From a virus, in the IMG/VR virus record IMGVR_UViG_3300006052_000009, positions 8,895-72,894 of that record: a stretch of 64,000 bases of DNA; one strand, given 5' to 3'. The notes beneath the pieces are model-generated. The model searched no databases. It was not told the origin of the DNA and saw nothing but the letters and a program-made list of their open reading frames with translations. Below are positions 7,760 through 17,501 of the stretch, piece by piece (the first letter of the stretch is position 1; every line of letters begins with the position of its first letter). The position numbers were made by a program, and so were the translations under genes.

Positions 7760-7824
7760 AGGTGGTAGCCTTCGGGCGCACGTTCATGTTTTACTTGATC
7801 GTTTTCATGGACGGCCACCTTTTT
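7760..7824 (+). ncRNA. Three-way-junction RNA element/terminator with a loop antisense to early-gene leaders
   Basis: Outer stem AGGTGGT/GCCACCT, a GCC-TTCG-GGC tetraloop, a CGTTCATG/CATGGACG stem with a 17-nt loop, and a 3' T-run. Confidence 0.6.
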
Positions 7825-7839
7825 AACTGCAAACTAATT

Positions 7840-8145
7840 ATGGAAAAGAAAAAACTTTTAGGCGATTGGACAAGAAAAGAATTTGAGGCTCTCCCATGTA
7901 GAGCATGGGATGAGGAGATTGAATTCACTTCTATGGTTATACTACCAACAAGACGCATTCATGATTCGGGCTACAGATGCATGGATTTTGTTGCGTGCAA
8001 AAATCAGGTTCCTTTCGTTCGTCTTTCAGGGTGCTCTGATGTAATCCACGTTGATGGCATCGGTGGTTATGGTAAGGACTGGCTAAACTCACATCGGATG
8101 ACATGCGGTAGTGCGCTATCTTCATTTGAATTATACAGTTTATGA
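7840..8145 (+). CDS. Hypothetical protein
   Basis: ATG 7840 follows an AAACTAATT leader. Contains HDSGYRCMDFV and GCSDVI motifs. Confidence 0.65.
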   Translation: MEKKKLLGDWTRKEFEALPCRAWDEEIEFTSMVILPTRRIHDSGYRCMDFVACKNQVPFVRLSGCSDVIHVDGIGGYGKDWLNSHRMTCGSALSSFELYSL

Positions 8146-8233
8146 AACCGCTACCTGCATCTTTACTGACTATCTTCATCGGCTATATATTGGCCTTTGT
8201 GATCTTTGTTTTACTAGTTAAATTGATATCGCT

Positions 8234-8407
8234 ATGAAAACACATTTGAAGACGATAGGGGTAATGATGTTGATATTCACATATTGGATATTAATCTGGT
8301 GGGCAATGGCTGAGTTTAAATGGCTGGCATGGGCAGTAATATGGATTTTAGGTGGAGGATTACTTGTTTGTTTATATGTCATTATTTACAAATCTCTGAA
8401 GCCATGA
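8234..8407 (+). CDS. Small two-TM membrane protein
   Basis: MKTHLKTIGVMMLIFTYWILIWWAMAEFKWLAWAVIWILGGGLLVCLYVII... Confidence 0.55.
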   Translation: MKTHLKTIGVMMLIFTYWILIWWAMAEFKWLAWAVIWILGGGLLVCLYVIIYKSLKP

Positions 8408-8601
8408 AAATAAGAATCGAAGTACAATGTGAACTTTGCAAAGGCAATGGTTATGTTGATAGAACATTATGTCCTTACTGTGATGGTAAGGGATGGATTA
8501 AAATGCCAATGATATTAAGTCAAAAAAGATATGTTCCTGATGATGAGACTTATTTGGTTGTTGAGTTTTTAATTGATAATAAACAAGAAGTAGAACTATG
8601 A
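8404..8601 (+). CDS. DnaJ-type zinc-finger mini-protein
   Basis: Two CxxCxGxG motifs: CELCKGNG and CPYCDGKG. Confidence 0.7.
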   Translation: MKIRIEVQCELCKGNGYVDRTLCPYCDGKGWIKMPMILSQKRYVPDDETYLVVEFLIDNKQEVEL

Positions 8602-8756
8602 CCTACGATGTTCGCGAATATAACTCAGGGCGACTAGTCCGCACGGTAAGGTGGAATTTGCCCATTGGCATGGCTCGCTTTTATAAGCGATTACTGGAGA
8701 ACTCTCCGCACATGGATGGCAGTAAGTTTGAGATTGAACTAAACAAGAAGGTATGA
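8598..8756 (+). CDS. Hypothetical protein (52 aa)
   Basis: MTYDVREYNSGRLVRTVRW.... ATGA-coupled at both ends. Confidence 0.55.
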   Translation: MTYDVREYNSGRLVRTVRWNLPIGMARFYKRLLENSPHMDGSKFEIELNKKV

Positions 8757-9061
8757 GAATAAATCTGGCTGAACTTCTAAAACAAAATGGGGTAGCATTA
8801 ACCCGAGGGAGCAAACTATTTTTACTTTTCCTATTGTCTGGCTGCATCACAAGCAACAATCGATTCTACAACACGATTACTGACTGCAAACTAATTGTGC
8901 TCGACAAGAGGTACGTACCTGGCTTTCAGTCTCCAGATAAATATCTGCTGAAAGTGTACGAAAGTGGTGAGTATCGGTGGCTAAGTTCATCGGTGTCACA
9001 GTACAAAGTTCTTGCCATTGGTGATACGCTGAAGACAACACTAATACAGAAGGTGCAATGA
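8753..9061 (+). CDS. Putative lipoprotein
   Basis: Hydrophobic LFLLFLL followed by the lipobox LSGC. Confidence 0.6.
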   Translation: MRINLAELLKQNGVALTRGSKLFLLFLLSGCITSNNRFYNTITDCKLIVLDKRYVPGFQSPDKYLLKVYESGEYRWLSSSVSQYKVLAIGDTLKTTLIQKVQ

Positions 9062-9252
9062 GTTGGACACAAGAATTTAAAGGGGCTGCATTTCTTTTTA
9101 CGAAAAAAGATGAATCGACAGAACTTCATCCATTACAGAATTTTCAATATCGCTTTCGCAACGGCCAGTTCGTGATCGCTTTGAATGAAGACCACGCTCG
9201 CTTCCTCACTGGCAACAAGACAGAAGTATTTTCATGTAATCCATTAAACTAA
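9058..9252 (+). CDS. Hypothetical protein
   Basis: ORF track. Coupled to the previous gene. Confidence 0.55.
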   Translation: MSWTQEFKGAAFLFTKKDESTELHPLQNFQYRFRNGQFVIALNEDHARFLTGNKTEVFSCNPLN

Positions 9253-9264
9253 CCAATTAAAACT

Positions 9265-9702
9265 ATGAGTGAATTTGAAAGACAACAAAAACTAGAAGAA
9301 AAGGAGCAACTTAATACCATCTTTCGCATCACGCGATTTGTTGGTACTTCTTTAATCCTTGTAATCGGACTGCTGATGTGGGGGTGTCCCAACTACAACG
9401 TATATCAGCAGAACTTAGAAGGTGAGGCTGAACTCGCAAGAGCCACTCAGAACAGGCAGATTAAAATTCAGGAGGCCAGAGCAAAGATGGAGGCTGCAAA
9501 AGATTTGGCCACGGCAGAGATCATTCGTGCCGAGGGTGTTGCTAAGGCAAACGCAATCATCGGTGAGAGTCTTAAGAACAATGAAAGCTACTTGCGCTAT
9601 CTTTGGATCGACAACATGGATAAGACTGAGAACCAAGTGATCTACATTCCAACTGAGGCTGGCTTACCTATACTTGAGGCAGGGAGACTGAAGAAACCAT
9701 GA
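9265..9702 (+). CDS. Membrane-anchored SPFH/band-7-like coiled-coil protein
   Basis: TM helix, then EAELARA...AEIIRAEGVAKANAIIGESL...YLRYLWI...YIPTEAGLPILEA. Confidence 0.75.
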   Translation: MSEFERQQKLEEKEQLNTIFRITRFVGTSLILVIGLLMWGCPNYNVYQQNLEGEAELARATQNRQIKIQEARAKMEAAKDLATAEIIRAEGVAKANAIIGESLKNNESYLRYLWIDNMDKTENQVIYIPTEAGLPILEAGRLKKP

Positions 9703-10190
9703 CTTTCAAAGACACCGACATCTTCAAAAAGTACAAGCATCCGAACAAGGAGAAGGTGCTCAAGTACGTGGAGTTCATGAACGACAAGAACTCCACGTAC
9801 ATACGCATTGAGAACATTGAGGAACGCAAGAAGGCATGCCAGCATGCGAGTGGATTGGATATCGTACCTGAAGACAAGGACTACAAAGACTTGGTGGTGT
9901 ACTACCTGAGTTACTGGCAACATCACAACAAGTTCTCGTTGCTTAGAACAAGGGAGGATTTGCTGATTGAAACCTTAAAAAACATGAATGAGCCAATAGA
10001 TGAGAAATCAGATGAGGATCAACGATTAAAAAATGTTAAATTGAAACTTGATTTGGATATTCTTGCAAATCGATTAATCGAGGGGATTGAAGAATTATAC
10101 AATTCTATTTATGGTGATTTTAAAAAAGAAGGTGAGGAGCACATAAAACAAGCATTAAGCCCTGAGCAAAGACTTAAAAATAAAAAATAG
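9699..10190 (+). CDS. Putative terminase small subunit or conserved hypothetical protein
   Basis: Helical 163-aa protein upstream of TerL. The call is positional only. Confidence 0.45.
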   Translation: MTFKDTDIFKKYKHPNKEKVLKYVEFMNDKNSTYIRIENIEERKKACQHASGLDIVPEDKDYKDLVVYYLSYWQHHNKFSLLRTREDLLIETLKNMNEPIDEKSDEDQRLKNVKLKLDLDILANRLIEGIEELYNSIYGDFKKEGEEHIKQALSPEQRLKNKK

Positions 10191-10976
10191 ATGCAAACTG
10201 GAGTTTACACTATTACTAATAAAATAACCAATCAGATTTATGTTGGTTCCACTGGTAAAAGTTTTAAAGAAAGATGGTGGAAACACAAAAATCAATTCAA
10301 GCTAGGTAACCATTACAATCCATATTTAAGATACGCTGTTGCTTTTTATGGGATAGATAATTTTGAGTTTGAAGTTTTAGAAGAATGCGAACCAAGTCAT
10401 TGCGTATTCATGGAGCAGTATTGGATGAATTTACTTTGCTCATATGATTTAAATTTTGGATACAACTTTAAAACCAATGTAACTAGCAATTTAGGTGCAA
10501 AGCATTCAGAAGAAACCAAGCGAAAAATTTCATTAGGTAATAAAGGAAAAATAAGCCCAATGCGTGGAAAAAAATTGTCTGAGGAAACAAAGGCAAAAAT
10601 GAGTAAGTCTCAATCTGGACGTAAAATGAAGGAAGAATTTTGTATTAAAAATGGATTAAGAAAAAAAGGTAATAAATACTGGTTGGGTAAAAAACATTCT
10701 GAAGCCACAAAAAAAAGATTGTCGCAATATAGAACAGGCAAACAATCGCCCATGAAAGGAGTAAAATTTTCAGAAGAACGCATCAACCAAATGATTACAA
10801 ACCCCATCAGAAAAAAAACAATTTTACAATTTAATAAAGAAGGAGTTTTTATAAAAGAATGGCCATCAATAAGAGGTGCAGCAAGAATTCTAAATTTGCA
10901 ACATTCAAATATTGCCTCTTGCGCAAAAGGAATAGCTAAATCTTGTGGTGGATTCATTTGGAAATTTTATTCCTAA
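10191..10976 (+). CDS. GIY-YIG homing endonuclease with NUMOD3 and NUMOD1 repeats
   Basis: GVYTITN...YVGS, several KHSEETKRKIS-type repeats, and C-terminal EWPSIRGAAR...SCGGFIWKF. Very AT-rich. Confidence 0.9.
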   Translation: MQTGVYTITNKITNQIYVGSTGKSFKERWWKHKNQFKLGNHYNPYLRYAVAFYGIDNFEFEVLEECEPSHCVFMEQYWMNLLCSYDLNFGYNFKTNVTSNLGAKHSEETKRKISLGNKGKISPMRGKKLSEETKAKMSKSQSGRKMKEEFCIKNGLRKKGNKYWLGKKHSEATKKRLSQYRTGKQSPMKGVKFSEERINQMITNPIRKKTILQFNKEGVFIKEWPSIRGAARILNLQHSNIASCAKGIAKSCGGFIWKFYS

Positions 10977-10981
10977 CTTTG
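10974..10981 (+). promoter_or_regulatory. -7 box TAACTTTG
   Basis: 6 nt upstream of ATG 10988. Confidence 0.5.
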
Positions 10982-10987
10982 TCTACT

Positions 10988-11617
10988 ATGAAAAAGATTA
11001 TCTTAACACTTACACTCGTTGCAATAGCATTCTATTGCTATGAGTCACCGTTGCGAGATCGAAGATCACACCTAGCCAAGCCTCAAGCCTCCTTCTTGGA
11101 GGCTTTCGCATTTATAAAGGGGCATGAGGGACACTACGCAAATGATGTTTCAGATAGGGGTGGTGAGACATACACAGGCATCACTCGCAAGTGGAACAGA
11201 GATTGGAAGGGCTGGAAGTTCATCGATCAGGCCAAACCACTCAGGCAAAATGATAGCGTTGGTGGACTTGTTCCTCACTACGTGCTCGACTACTACCTCA
11301 CCATCTGGGTGCGCGAAGGCTTTTATATGATAAGAGATCAGCAGGTTGCTAATTATGTGATGGACTTCCGGCTCAATGGAACCATTGGCACAATGATCAC
11401 CAAGCGAGTGATGAGGGAGATGGGTGCAAAGATTGTAGTTAATAACGTGATGGACGAGGCAACTTGTATACAGATGAATAGATTGGATAAAAAAGAGTTT
11501 CTTAAAAGACTTAGCAATCGCAGGGTGCAGTTCTATCAGAATGTAGCAAGGCGCGATCCGAGTCAGAAGAAATTTCTAAACCACTGGCTGTATCGTGCAA
11601 GGCGAGTTCAAGTTTGA
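10988..11617 (+). CDS. GH108-family lysozyme with an N-terminal signal peptide or anchor
   Basis: HEGHYANDVSDRGGETYTGIT catalytic motif, C-terminal SQKKFLNHWLYRA, and the leader MKKIILTLTLVAIAF. Confidence 0.85.
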   Translation: MKKIILTLTLVAIAFYCYESPLRDRRSHLAKPQASFLEAFAFIKGHEGHYANDVSDRGGETYTGITRKWNRDWKGWKFIDQAKPLRQNDSVGGLVPHYVLDYYLTIWVREGFYMIRDQQVANYVMDFRLNGTIGTMITKRVMREMGAKIVVNNVMDEATCIQMNRLDKKEFLKRLSNRRVQFYQNVARRDPSQKKFLNHWLYRARRVQV

Positions 11618-11625
11618 TATCTTTG
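11618..11625 (+). promoter_or_regulatory. -7 box TATCTTTG (terL promoter)
   Basis: TAnnTTTG 15 nt upstream of ATG 11641. Confidence 0.6.
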
Positions 11626-11640
11626 TGGGACTAACTGACA

Positions 11641-13779
11641 ATGTTTACTCCGACAAGTAATCCGTACAAGTTTCAATATCTCGTTACAGGCATCTCAGGT
11701 CCTGGCATTGAACAAGTATATCTTCCCGAGCAGCCAAAGAAACTTCATTTCGAGAAAGAACAGAAGTTCATCAGACCAACTCCTCCAGAGTATTTAAGGG
11801 ACTGGATGGATGAGTTTGAACAAGAACGTGAACTGGATGATAACTACATTCACCCTCATCAGGCCGAGCTAAACAAGTGGGAGGAACAAGAGTTTGAAAG
11901 AGTAACAAATGGGTTCTGGTTCTGGAACAATGGAACACCAACCTATCTCACAGGTGATTACTATAAATACTTAACTCAATGGCAACCGTTGTTTGGCCAT
12001 CCAGACTTTAGGGAAGCAGACAAAGAAGTATTCTATTGGATAAAATATTGGGAGGAGGATCCCGAGTGTTATGGGGGAGTTTATAATACTCTTCGCAGGG
12101 CTGGTAAAAGCACAACAATGGGATTCTGGATTCTTAACAGAACATCCACCAACTTCAAACATCTCTCCGGAATGCAGGGAGAGGATGACACCAAGATCAG
12201 AAATTTTTACAATGAAATGGTGATTGATCCATTTTATAAACTTCCATACTACTCCAAGCCTACATACGATACCACAACGCTACAGAAGAAAGGAATTATC
12301 TTCAAAGATCCACCCAAGCGTAACAGACGCAGAATAGTATCAAAGGATAAGTTAGTCCTTGAATCTAAAATGGATTTTAGAACAAGCGAAGCCAATAAAT
12401 ATGATCAGGCTAAACTTCATTCATACCTGATGGAGGAGCCTGGCAAAACAATTTCGGTTGATGTATCTCAACGATGGGCATTTGTGAAGCCTTGTTTAAG
12501 ACTTGGTAAAAAAATAATTGGCAAGGCATTCTGGGCAACAACTGTTGAGTTCATGGATGCGGCTGATCGTGGAGGTCGAGCCTATAAGAAAGTTTGTTTC
12601 GAGTCTGACTTTGACAGGCGCACTAAACTTGGACAGACTAAGTCGGGAATGTATGCTGCTATGATGCCTGCGGACTGTGCATACGAAGGATTCATTGACG
12701 ATTGGGGAAGGCCAATGCGTGAGAAGGCAAGACAAAATATTCTCGATGAGCGTGAAGCATACAAAGACAATCCTAAAGATTACTCTGCACTCATCAGAAA
12801 GTTTCCTCTCAATTGGAACGAAGTATTTTACATCTCTGCCGACAAGTGCGAGTTCAATGCGACTATACTTCAAGACAGGAGATCAGAATTATTGATGAAC
12901 CCTCCTCAATTGCGTTTGGTCAATCTACGATGGGCAGACAATGAACGGTTCTCTCGCGTCCAATGGTTTGACGATCCTGACAATGGGTGGCTTAAGCTCG
13001 GATGGCTTCCAAGAGATGAGAAAGAAAGAGAGTGGCTCAACAATGTGGAAGAAAGGTTTGAGAATGGCAGAACGAAATATATTCCAAGGAACACCAACAT
13101 CTTCGGTTCAGGTGTTGACCCTATCGATCACGGTGTGGTGGTAACGGATTCCATGACCAACGATAGTGAGTTTGTGTCCTCACGCAGATCGCGTCCTGTT
13201 CTATTCGTCAAACGCAAGTACGACTCGTCTATCGATGGACAGATAAGCCAAGAACTTCTCGAGCAACGGGCAAGAGAAAAATATCCATACGTCACAGGCA
13301 AATACATCGCCATGATGGACCGCAGGCCGAGTGACCCTAACGTCATGTTCGAACGTGCGCTCATGGTGTGCTGGCTGTTTGGCACTCAACTCAACGTAGA
13401 GCACCAGAAGCCTGGCATCATCAACTGGTTCAATGATGCAGGCTGTGAGGAGTTCCTTCAGGACAAATACGTTCCCATCGAAGCTCTACGCAAAAAATCC
13501 GATGACCAGAAGGGCACACCAGCCTCAGCGATGATGATCCAAGAGTATACCTCTGCCATCGCCACCGATGTAGAATACTTTGGACACACCTACATTTTCC
13601 TCGAAATGATTGACGATGACCTTGTCTTTGATCCACTTAACACCAAGGTGCATGACTACACCGTGGCTCAGGGAATGACCGAGATTGGGTGCAAGATCAG
13701 ACCGAAACAAGTTGCATTGCCTGTAAAGGACATCACAGACTACTTCAGAGTATACAAAAAGCCAGAAAGGAAGTATTAA
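11641..13779 (+). CDS. terL: Terminase large subunit
   Basis: Walker A LRRAGKST, Walker B-like YLMEEPGK, nuclease GVDPIDH and VHDYTVA. Immediately precedes the portal gene. Confidence 0.9.
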   Translation: MFTPTSNPYKFQYLVTGISGPGIEQVYLPEQPKKLHFEKEQKFIRPTPPEYLRDWMDEFEQERELDDNYIHPHQAELNKWEEQEFERVTNGFWFWNNGTPTYLTGDYYKYLTQWQPLFGHPDFREADKEVFYWIKYWEEDPECYGGVYNTLRRAGKSTTMGFWILNRTSTNFKHLSGMQGEDDTKIRNFYNEMVIDPFYKLPYYSKPTYDTTTLQKKGIIFKDPPKRNRRRIVSKDKLVLESKMDFRTSEANKYDQAKLHSYLMEEPGKTISVDVSQRWAFVKPCLRLGKKIIGKAFWATTVEFMDAADRGGRAYKKVCFESDFDRRTKLGQTKSGMYAAMMPADCAYEGFIDDWGRPMREKARQNILDEREAYKDNPKDYSALIRKFPLNWNEVFYISADKCEFNATILQDRRSELLMNPPQLRLVNLRWADNERFSRVQWFDDPDNGWLKLGWLPRDEKEREWLNNVEERFENGRTKYIPRNTNIFGSGVDPIDHGVVVTDSMTNDSEFVSSRRSRPVLFVKRKYDSSIDGQISQELLEQRAREKYPYVTGKYIAMMDRRPSDPNVMFERALMVCWLFGTQLNVEHQKPGIINWFNDAGCEEFLQDKYVPIEALRKKSDDQKGTPASAMMIQEYTSAIATDVEYFGHTYIFLEMIDDDLVFDPLNTKVHDYTVAQGMTEIGCKIRPKQVALPVKDITDYFRVYKKPERKY

Positions 13780-13791
13780 TAAGTTTTTAAT

Positions 13792-13799
13792 TAACTTTG
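13792..13799 (+). promoter_or_regulatory. -7 box TAACTTTG (portal promoter)
   Basis: TAnnTTTG upstream of GTG 13816. Confidence 0.6.
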
Positions 13800-13815
13800 G
13801 GAAAATTGCTTCTTA

Positions 13816-16218
13816 GTGAGTAATAATTCCCAATACCCATTTCCTGATGAGTGGGCACCGCCCAAGAAAAAAGAAAGCATGGAGTACGGCCTTCAAGCAG
13901 CAAAGGCTATATACTTCTCAACCAACAGATACGGATATAGATTGTTTAATGATACGAGTTCATTCAATGCACTTGTAGAACTTGCTCAAGGCCGCCAGTC
14001 TTCCGATAATATTTACCGAATGCTGGGCTTTTATCAAGACCGTGGCCTCACCAATGATGACAATGGTTCGCTTGCATACATCGATGTGCAGGTGCTCAAT
14101 CTGATTACGAAATATGTGAACAGAGCTGTTGCGAAGTTGCAGCGGTATAAGTACGATGTTTCTTTTACGGCAGTTGATCCATTGAGTGTCGATGAGCAGA
14201 AGCAGAGGAGTGCTCAGATCAAGACGCTGTATGAACTCAAGGATTGGTTTACAAAGTTGAAGGTCGATCCGCAACAGATGTTTCCAGAACTGGAAGTGAA
14301 TCAATTGCCAGAGTATCCAGACGAGTTGATGTTCAATCTGTCGGCCAACTCGAAGATCAGAAAGATTGTCGATGCGGAGAAGACGATGAAGCTGGTTAAT
14401 GGGACGATCAACGACATGGATCAGGTGATGAGGGAGATTGATTGGGACTTGACGGTGATAGGAAGAGGCCATGCGCATTGTTACTTAGATGAGAATGGCA
14501 TCCCAAGGACGAAGAGGATTAATCCCAAGTTCTGGGGTGGAAGCTATGTAGAGAATGAGAATTTTACTAATCAGGAATATGCGTTCTTCATTGATTTCAT
14601 TACGAGAAATCAGTTTAAGACGGAGGCGCAAGGACTACTGACGCAGGCCGAGATGGATGAGGCGATTGCTGCCCATGCGTATCCGAACACAGCAGCAAGT
14701 TTCGGAACATTGCCACAGTATTACGACAACTATGACGGTCTGGAGTACATTCCAGTGATGAGGTATTACTTCCTGAGCAATGACAATGTTGCCTATAAGA
14801 TTTGGGACAACAAGGAGACAGGCAACAGGATGATGGACATGACGCACTATGACTACAAGCCTACGCAGGCGAGTACGAAGGACCAGAAGATAGTGCAGAA
14901 TTCTTTCACCAGCGTTTACGGTGGAACTTGGATAGTCGACTCCGAACTTGTATACAATCATCGGAGGGTGAATATGCCACGCACGGCACTGGTTAACTCT
15001 CGCCTGCCGATCATTACGTTCGCACCGAACATGAAGGAGGGCAGGATCGTGAGTGTGGTGGCGCAACTCGAGGAGATGGCCTTCATGCTCAATGTTGCCT
15101 GGAATAGGATGAAGGATATCTTGGCTAAGGGCAGAATGGGTGTGATCGAGTTGAACCTGACAGCCATTGAGAACATTGCACTCGGCAAGGGTGGCAAGCA
15201 GTGGACCGAGAGAGAGGCTGTCGACTTCTTCTTGCAGAGCAACATTTGGGCAACAAGACAGAATACGAATCAGTACGGCCAGAACATAGGCAACTCGCTG
15301 AAGGAGTCTTCGGCTGGGCTTACGATCACGGACTATTTGCAGACGATTACTACCTGCATCAAGATGATGGACGAGATCACGGGATCCTCGGTGGTGGAGT
15401 CGGCTACGTTGCCTGATCGGTTGACCACTGGTAACATGGAGGCACAACTAGCCGCAGGCAGCGATGCGATTGAATACTTGATCAATGGCCGTCAGCAGAT
15501 ATTCAAGCAGGTGTGTCACATGAATATGTTACTCACCCAACAGGCGAAGTTGAACAAGGTGCACATTCAGGGCATGATACCCGCGCTAGGTACATCAACG
15601 ACTGAGTTCTTTGAGGTGCCCGATGAGATTGCATATTGTGACTACGGTCTTCAGATGCAGCCATCGCCAGGACAGGAGGAGTGGAATCAGTTCTTCATGG
15701 AACTCATGGAGGCACAGAAGGAAGGAAGAGTTAACGCATCGGATGCGGCATTCATCAGGCAGGTTAAAGATTTGACGTTGGCTCGTTATGTGCTGGCCAC
15801 TCGCGAGAAGATCAACGAGGCCAAGAATCAGAAGATGGCACAGCAACAACAACAGTTCCAGATGCAGAGTGCAGATCAAGCCAACCAGTTAAGGTTGCAG
15901 ACAGAGATGCAGTTGCTTGAGAAGAAGAAGCAGGACGAGCAGGAGAACATGCTGATACAGGCAAGGATCGATGAGGCATTGCTACAGCGTAAAGCAACAT
16001 TTGATGCTGAGATCAATAAGATGGCCGATGCTATGAAGGCAACCATCGCCAAGCAATCGGGCATCGACACGGTGCTCAAGGAGGCAATGAGAAGCAAGTC
16101 TAATGACTACAAGTCGGACAAACAGCATGAGGCCAAGGTGCTCGATGCACAGACAAAACTGGCGACCGCTGCACTTCAGGCAGCCTCTAAAAAGAAAGAA
16201 AAAGCGGAAGCAAAATAA
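13816..16218 (+). CDS. Portal protein
   Basis: 800 aa after TerL. Begins FPDEWAPPKKKES, contains the AVDPLS motif, and ends in a Gln-rich barrel coiled coil. Confidence 0.85.
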   Translation: MSNNSQYPFPDEWAPPKKKESMEYGLQAAKAIYFSTNRYGYRLFNDTSSFNALVELAQGRQSSDNIYRMLGFYQDRGLTNDDNGSLAYIDVQVLNLITKYVNRAVAKLQRYKYDVSFTAVDPLSVDEQKQRSAQIKTLYELKDWFTKLKVDPQQMFPELEVNQLPEYPDELMFNLSANSKIRKIVDAEKTMKLVNGTINDMDQVMREIDWDLTVIGRGHAHCYLDENGIPRTKRINPKFWGGSYVENENFTNQEYAFFIDFITRNQFKTEAQGLLTQAEMDEAIAAHAYPNTAASFGTLPQYYDNYDGLEYIPVMRYYFLSNDNVAYKIWDNKETGNRMMDMTHYDYKPTQASTKDQKIVQNSFTSVYGGTWIVDSELVYNHRRVNMPRTALVNSRLPIITFAPNMKEGRIVSVVAQLEEMAFMLNVAWNRMKDILAKGRMGVIELNLTAIENIALGKGGKQWTEREAVDFFLQSNIWATRQNTNQYGQNIGNSLKESSAGLTITDYLQTITTCIKMMDEITGSSVVESATLPDRLTTGNMEAQLAAGSDAIEYLINGRQQIFKQVCHMNMLLTQQAKLNKVHIQGMIPALGTSTTEFFEVPDEIAYCDYGLQMQPSPGQEEWNQFFMELMEAQKEGRVNASDAAFIRQVKDLTLARYVLATREKINEAKNQKMAQQQQQFQMQSADQANQLRLQTEMQLLEKKKQDEQENMLIQARIDEALLQRKATFDAEINKMADAMKATIAKQSGIDTVLKEAMRSKSNDYKSDKQHEAKVLDAQTKLATAALQAASKKKEKAEAK

Positions 16219-16249
16219 TTTGTGCAAAAAGCATAAAATATTTTTTATC

Positions 16250-16257
16250 TATCTTTG
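16250..16257 (+). promoter_or_regulatory. -7 box TATCTTTG
   Basis: Upstream of the AACTAACC leader and ATG 16278. Confidence 0.6.
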
Positions 16258-16277
16258 AATAACTAACCAACAATTTT

Positions 16278-17501
16278 ATGGCAGAAGAAGTAGCGGAAGT
16301 AAAGGAGATGGAGAAAGTATACGATATCTCCCAAGGCAAATATGTAGAGAAAGAAAAGGAGCCTGTCAAAATAAAGGAAAAGCCATCCAACCCTATTCCG
16401 GATTACGATGAAGAGGGCAAGGAAGTAAAGCCTGTCAAAGAATCCAAAGCAAAAAAAGAACCAGAAGAAGAGGAGGAAGTTGAAGAAGTAGAGGCGAAAG
16501 AGCCTGACTTTAACTCCTACCTTAAAGAAAAATATTCCATCGATGATGAGGATCAACTTCAAAAGATTCTCGATTCAAACCAAAAATTTGAGGCGCAGAT
16601 CGAGGAACTTAAGAAGGCATCAAAGGATCCTGTATACAAATCAGACAAGCAGAAAAAATTGATCGAATGGCTTGATCAGTCTGGTTACGATCTCGATAAA
16701 ATAGGTGACGGACTCGAGTCTGCCGCCACGCTCATGAACCTCAATGTCGAGAAACTAGAGGACCGCAAGGCACTCGAGGAGGCATTCATCATCGACAATA
16801 CCGACATCACCAGAGAAGAGGCGAAGAAGTTATTCGCTAGGGATTACAAGAAATATAACCTCAACGAGGAGGATTTCGCTGACGAGGCTGAGTTCAAAGA
16901 AGCTCAGGAACTGGCCGACATCCAACGTAAGAAGGATGTAGCGAAGGCAAAAAAAGTTCTTTTGGCCAACCAAGAAAAACTCAAAGCCACCGAGCCAGAG
17001 AAGAAAAAAGAAGAGGCACCGAAAGAAGTTACTGCACCGAAGGAGGCTGTGGAGTTCTATTCAAAGCAAATCAACGACATTTTTACCCAGCCTGACGGAA
17101 AGAAATTTGATCGGTTTATCTTCGAGGATGACAACGATCCCAACATCAAGATCACAGTAAAAATCCCCGAAGACAAGTTGAAGTTCTTGAAGGAAATGTC
17201 TATTGACTACCTCAAAAACACGACCTTGTATGATCAGAATAAAAAAATTCCTAATTTTGATCCGCAGAAACATATCAAGCAAGTCTTCGATGCGCTGTAT
17301 GGCGATTGGAAAGATGAGCAGATGTTCAAGCAAATAACCACACTTGCCAAATCACTTAGAGCCGAGCAGTTAGCTGGCTTCAAGCCAACGAAAGAAAGCA
17401 AGAGTGGAGGAAAGGGAGATGGTATTCCATCATACAGCGATCAGTTTAAGGAACTGGCACGTAAAGCGAAAATAGATAGAGAGAGAAGCGGAGTACGCTA
17501 A
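16278..17501 (+). CDS. Putative capsid scaffolding protein
   Basis: Acidic, disordered N-terminus and helical body. Lies between portal and capsid genes. Confidence 0.6.
   Translation: MAEEVAEVKEMEKVYDISQGKYVEKEKEPVKIKEKPSNPIPDYDEEGKEVKPVKESKAKKEPEEEEEVEEVEAKEPDFNSYLKEKYSIDDEDQLQKILDSNQKFEAQIEELKKASKDPVYKSDKQKKLIEWLDQSGYDLDKIGDGLESAATLMNLNVEKLEDRKALEEAFIIDNTDITREEAKKLFARDYKKYNLNEEDFADEAEFKEAQELADIQRKKDVAKAKKVLLANQEKLKATEPEKKKEEAPKEVTAPKEAVEFYSKQINDIFTQPDGKKFDRFIFEDDNDPNIKITVKIPEDKLKFLKEMSIDYLKNTTLYDQNKKIPNFDPQKHIKQVFDALYGDWKDEQMFKQITTLAKSLRAEQLAGFKPTKESKSGGKGDGIPSYSDQFKELARKAKIDRERSGVR

Noticed and set aside
8600-8750. Apparent structured ncRNA with several short hairpins
   Set aside because: The interval is fully occupied by a 52-aa ORF that is ATGA-coupled to both neighbours, and the hairpins are short.
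14635-15447. 270-aa antisense ORF within the portal gene (and similar antisense ORFs in the capsid, fibre, GT and groEL genes)
   Set aside because: These are shadow ORFs from codon bias. They have no leader and an unnatural His/Leu/Val-rich composition.
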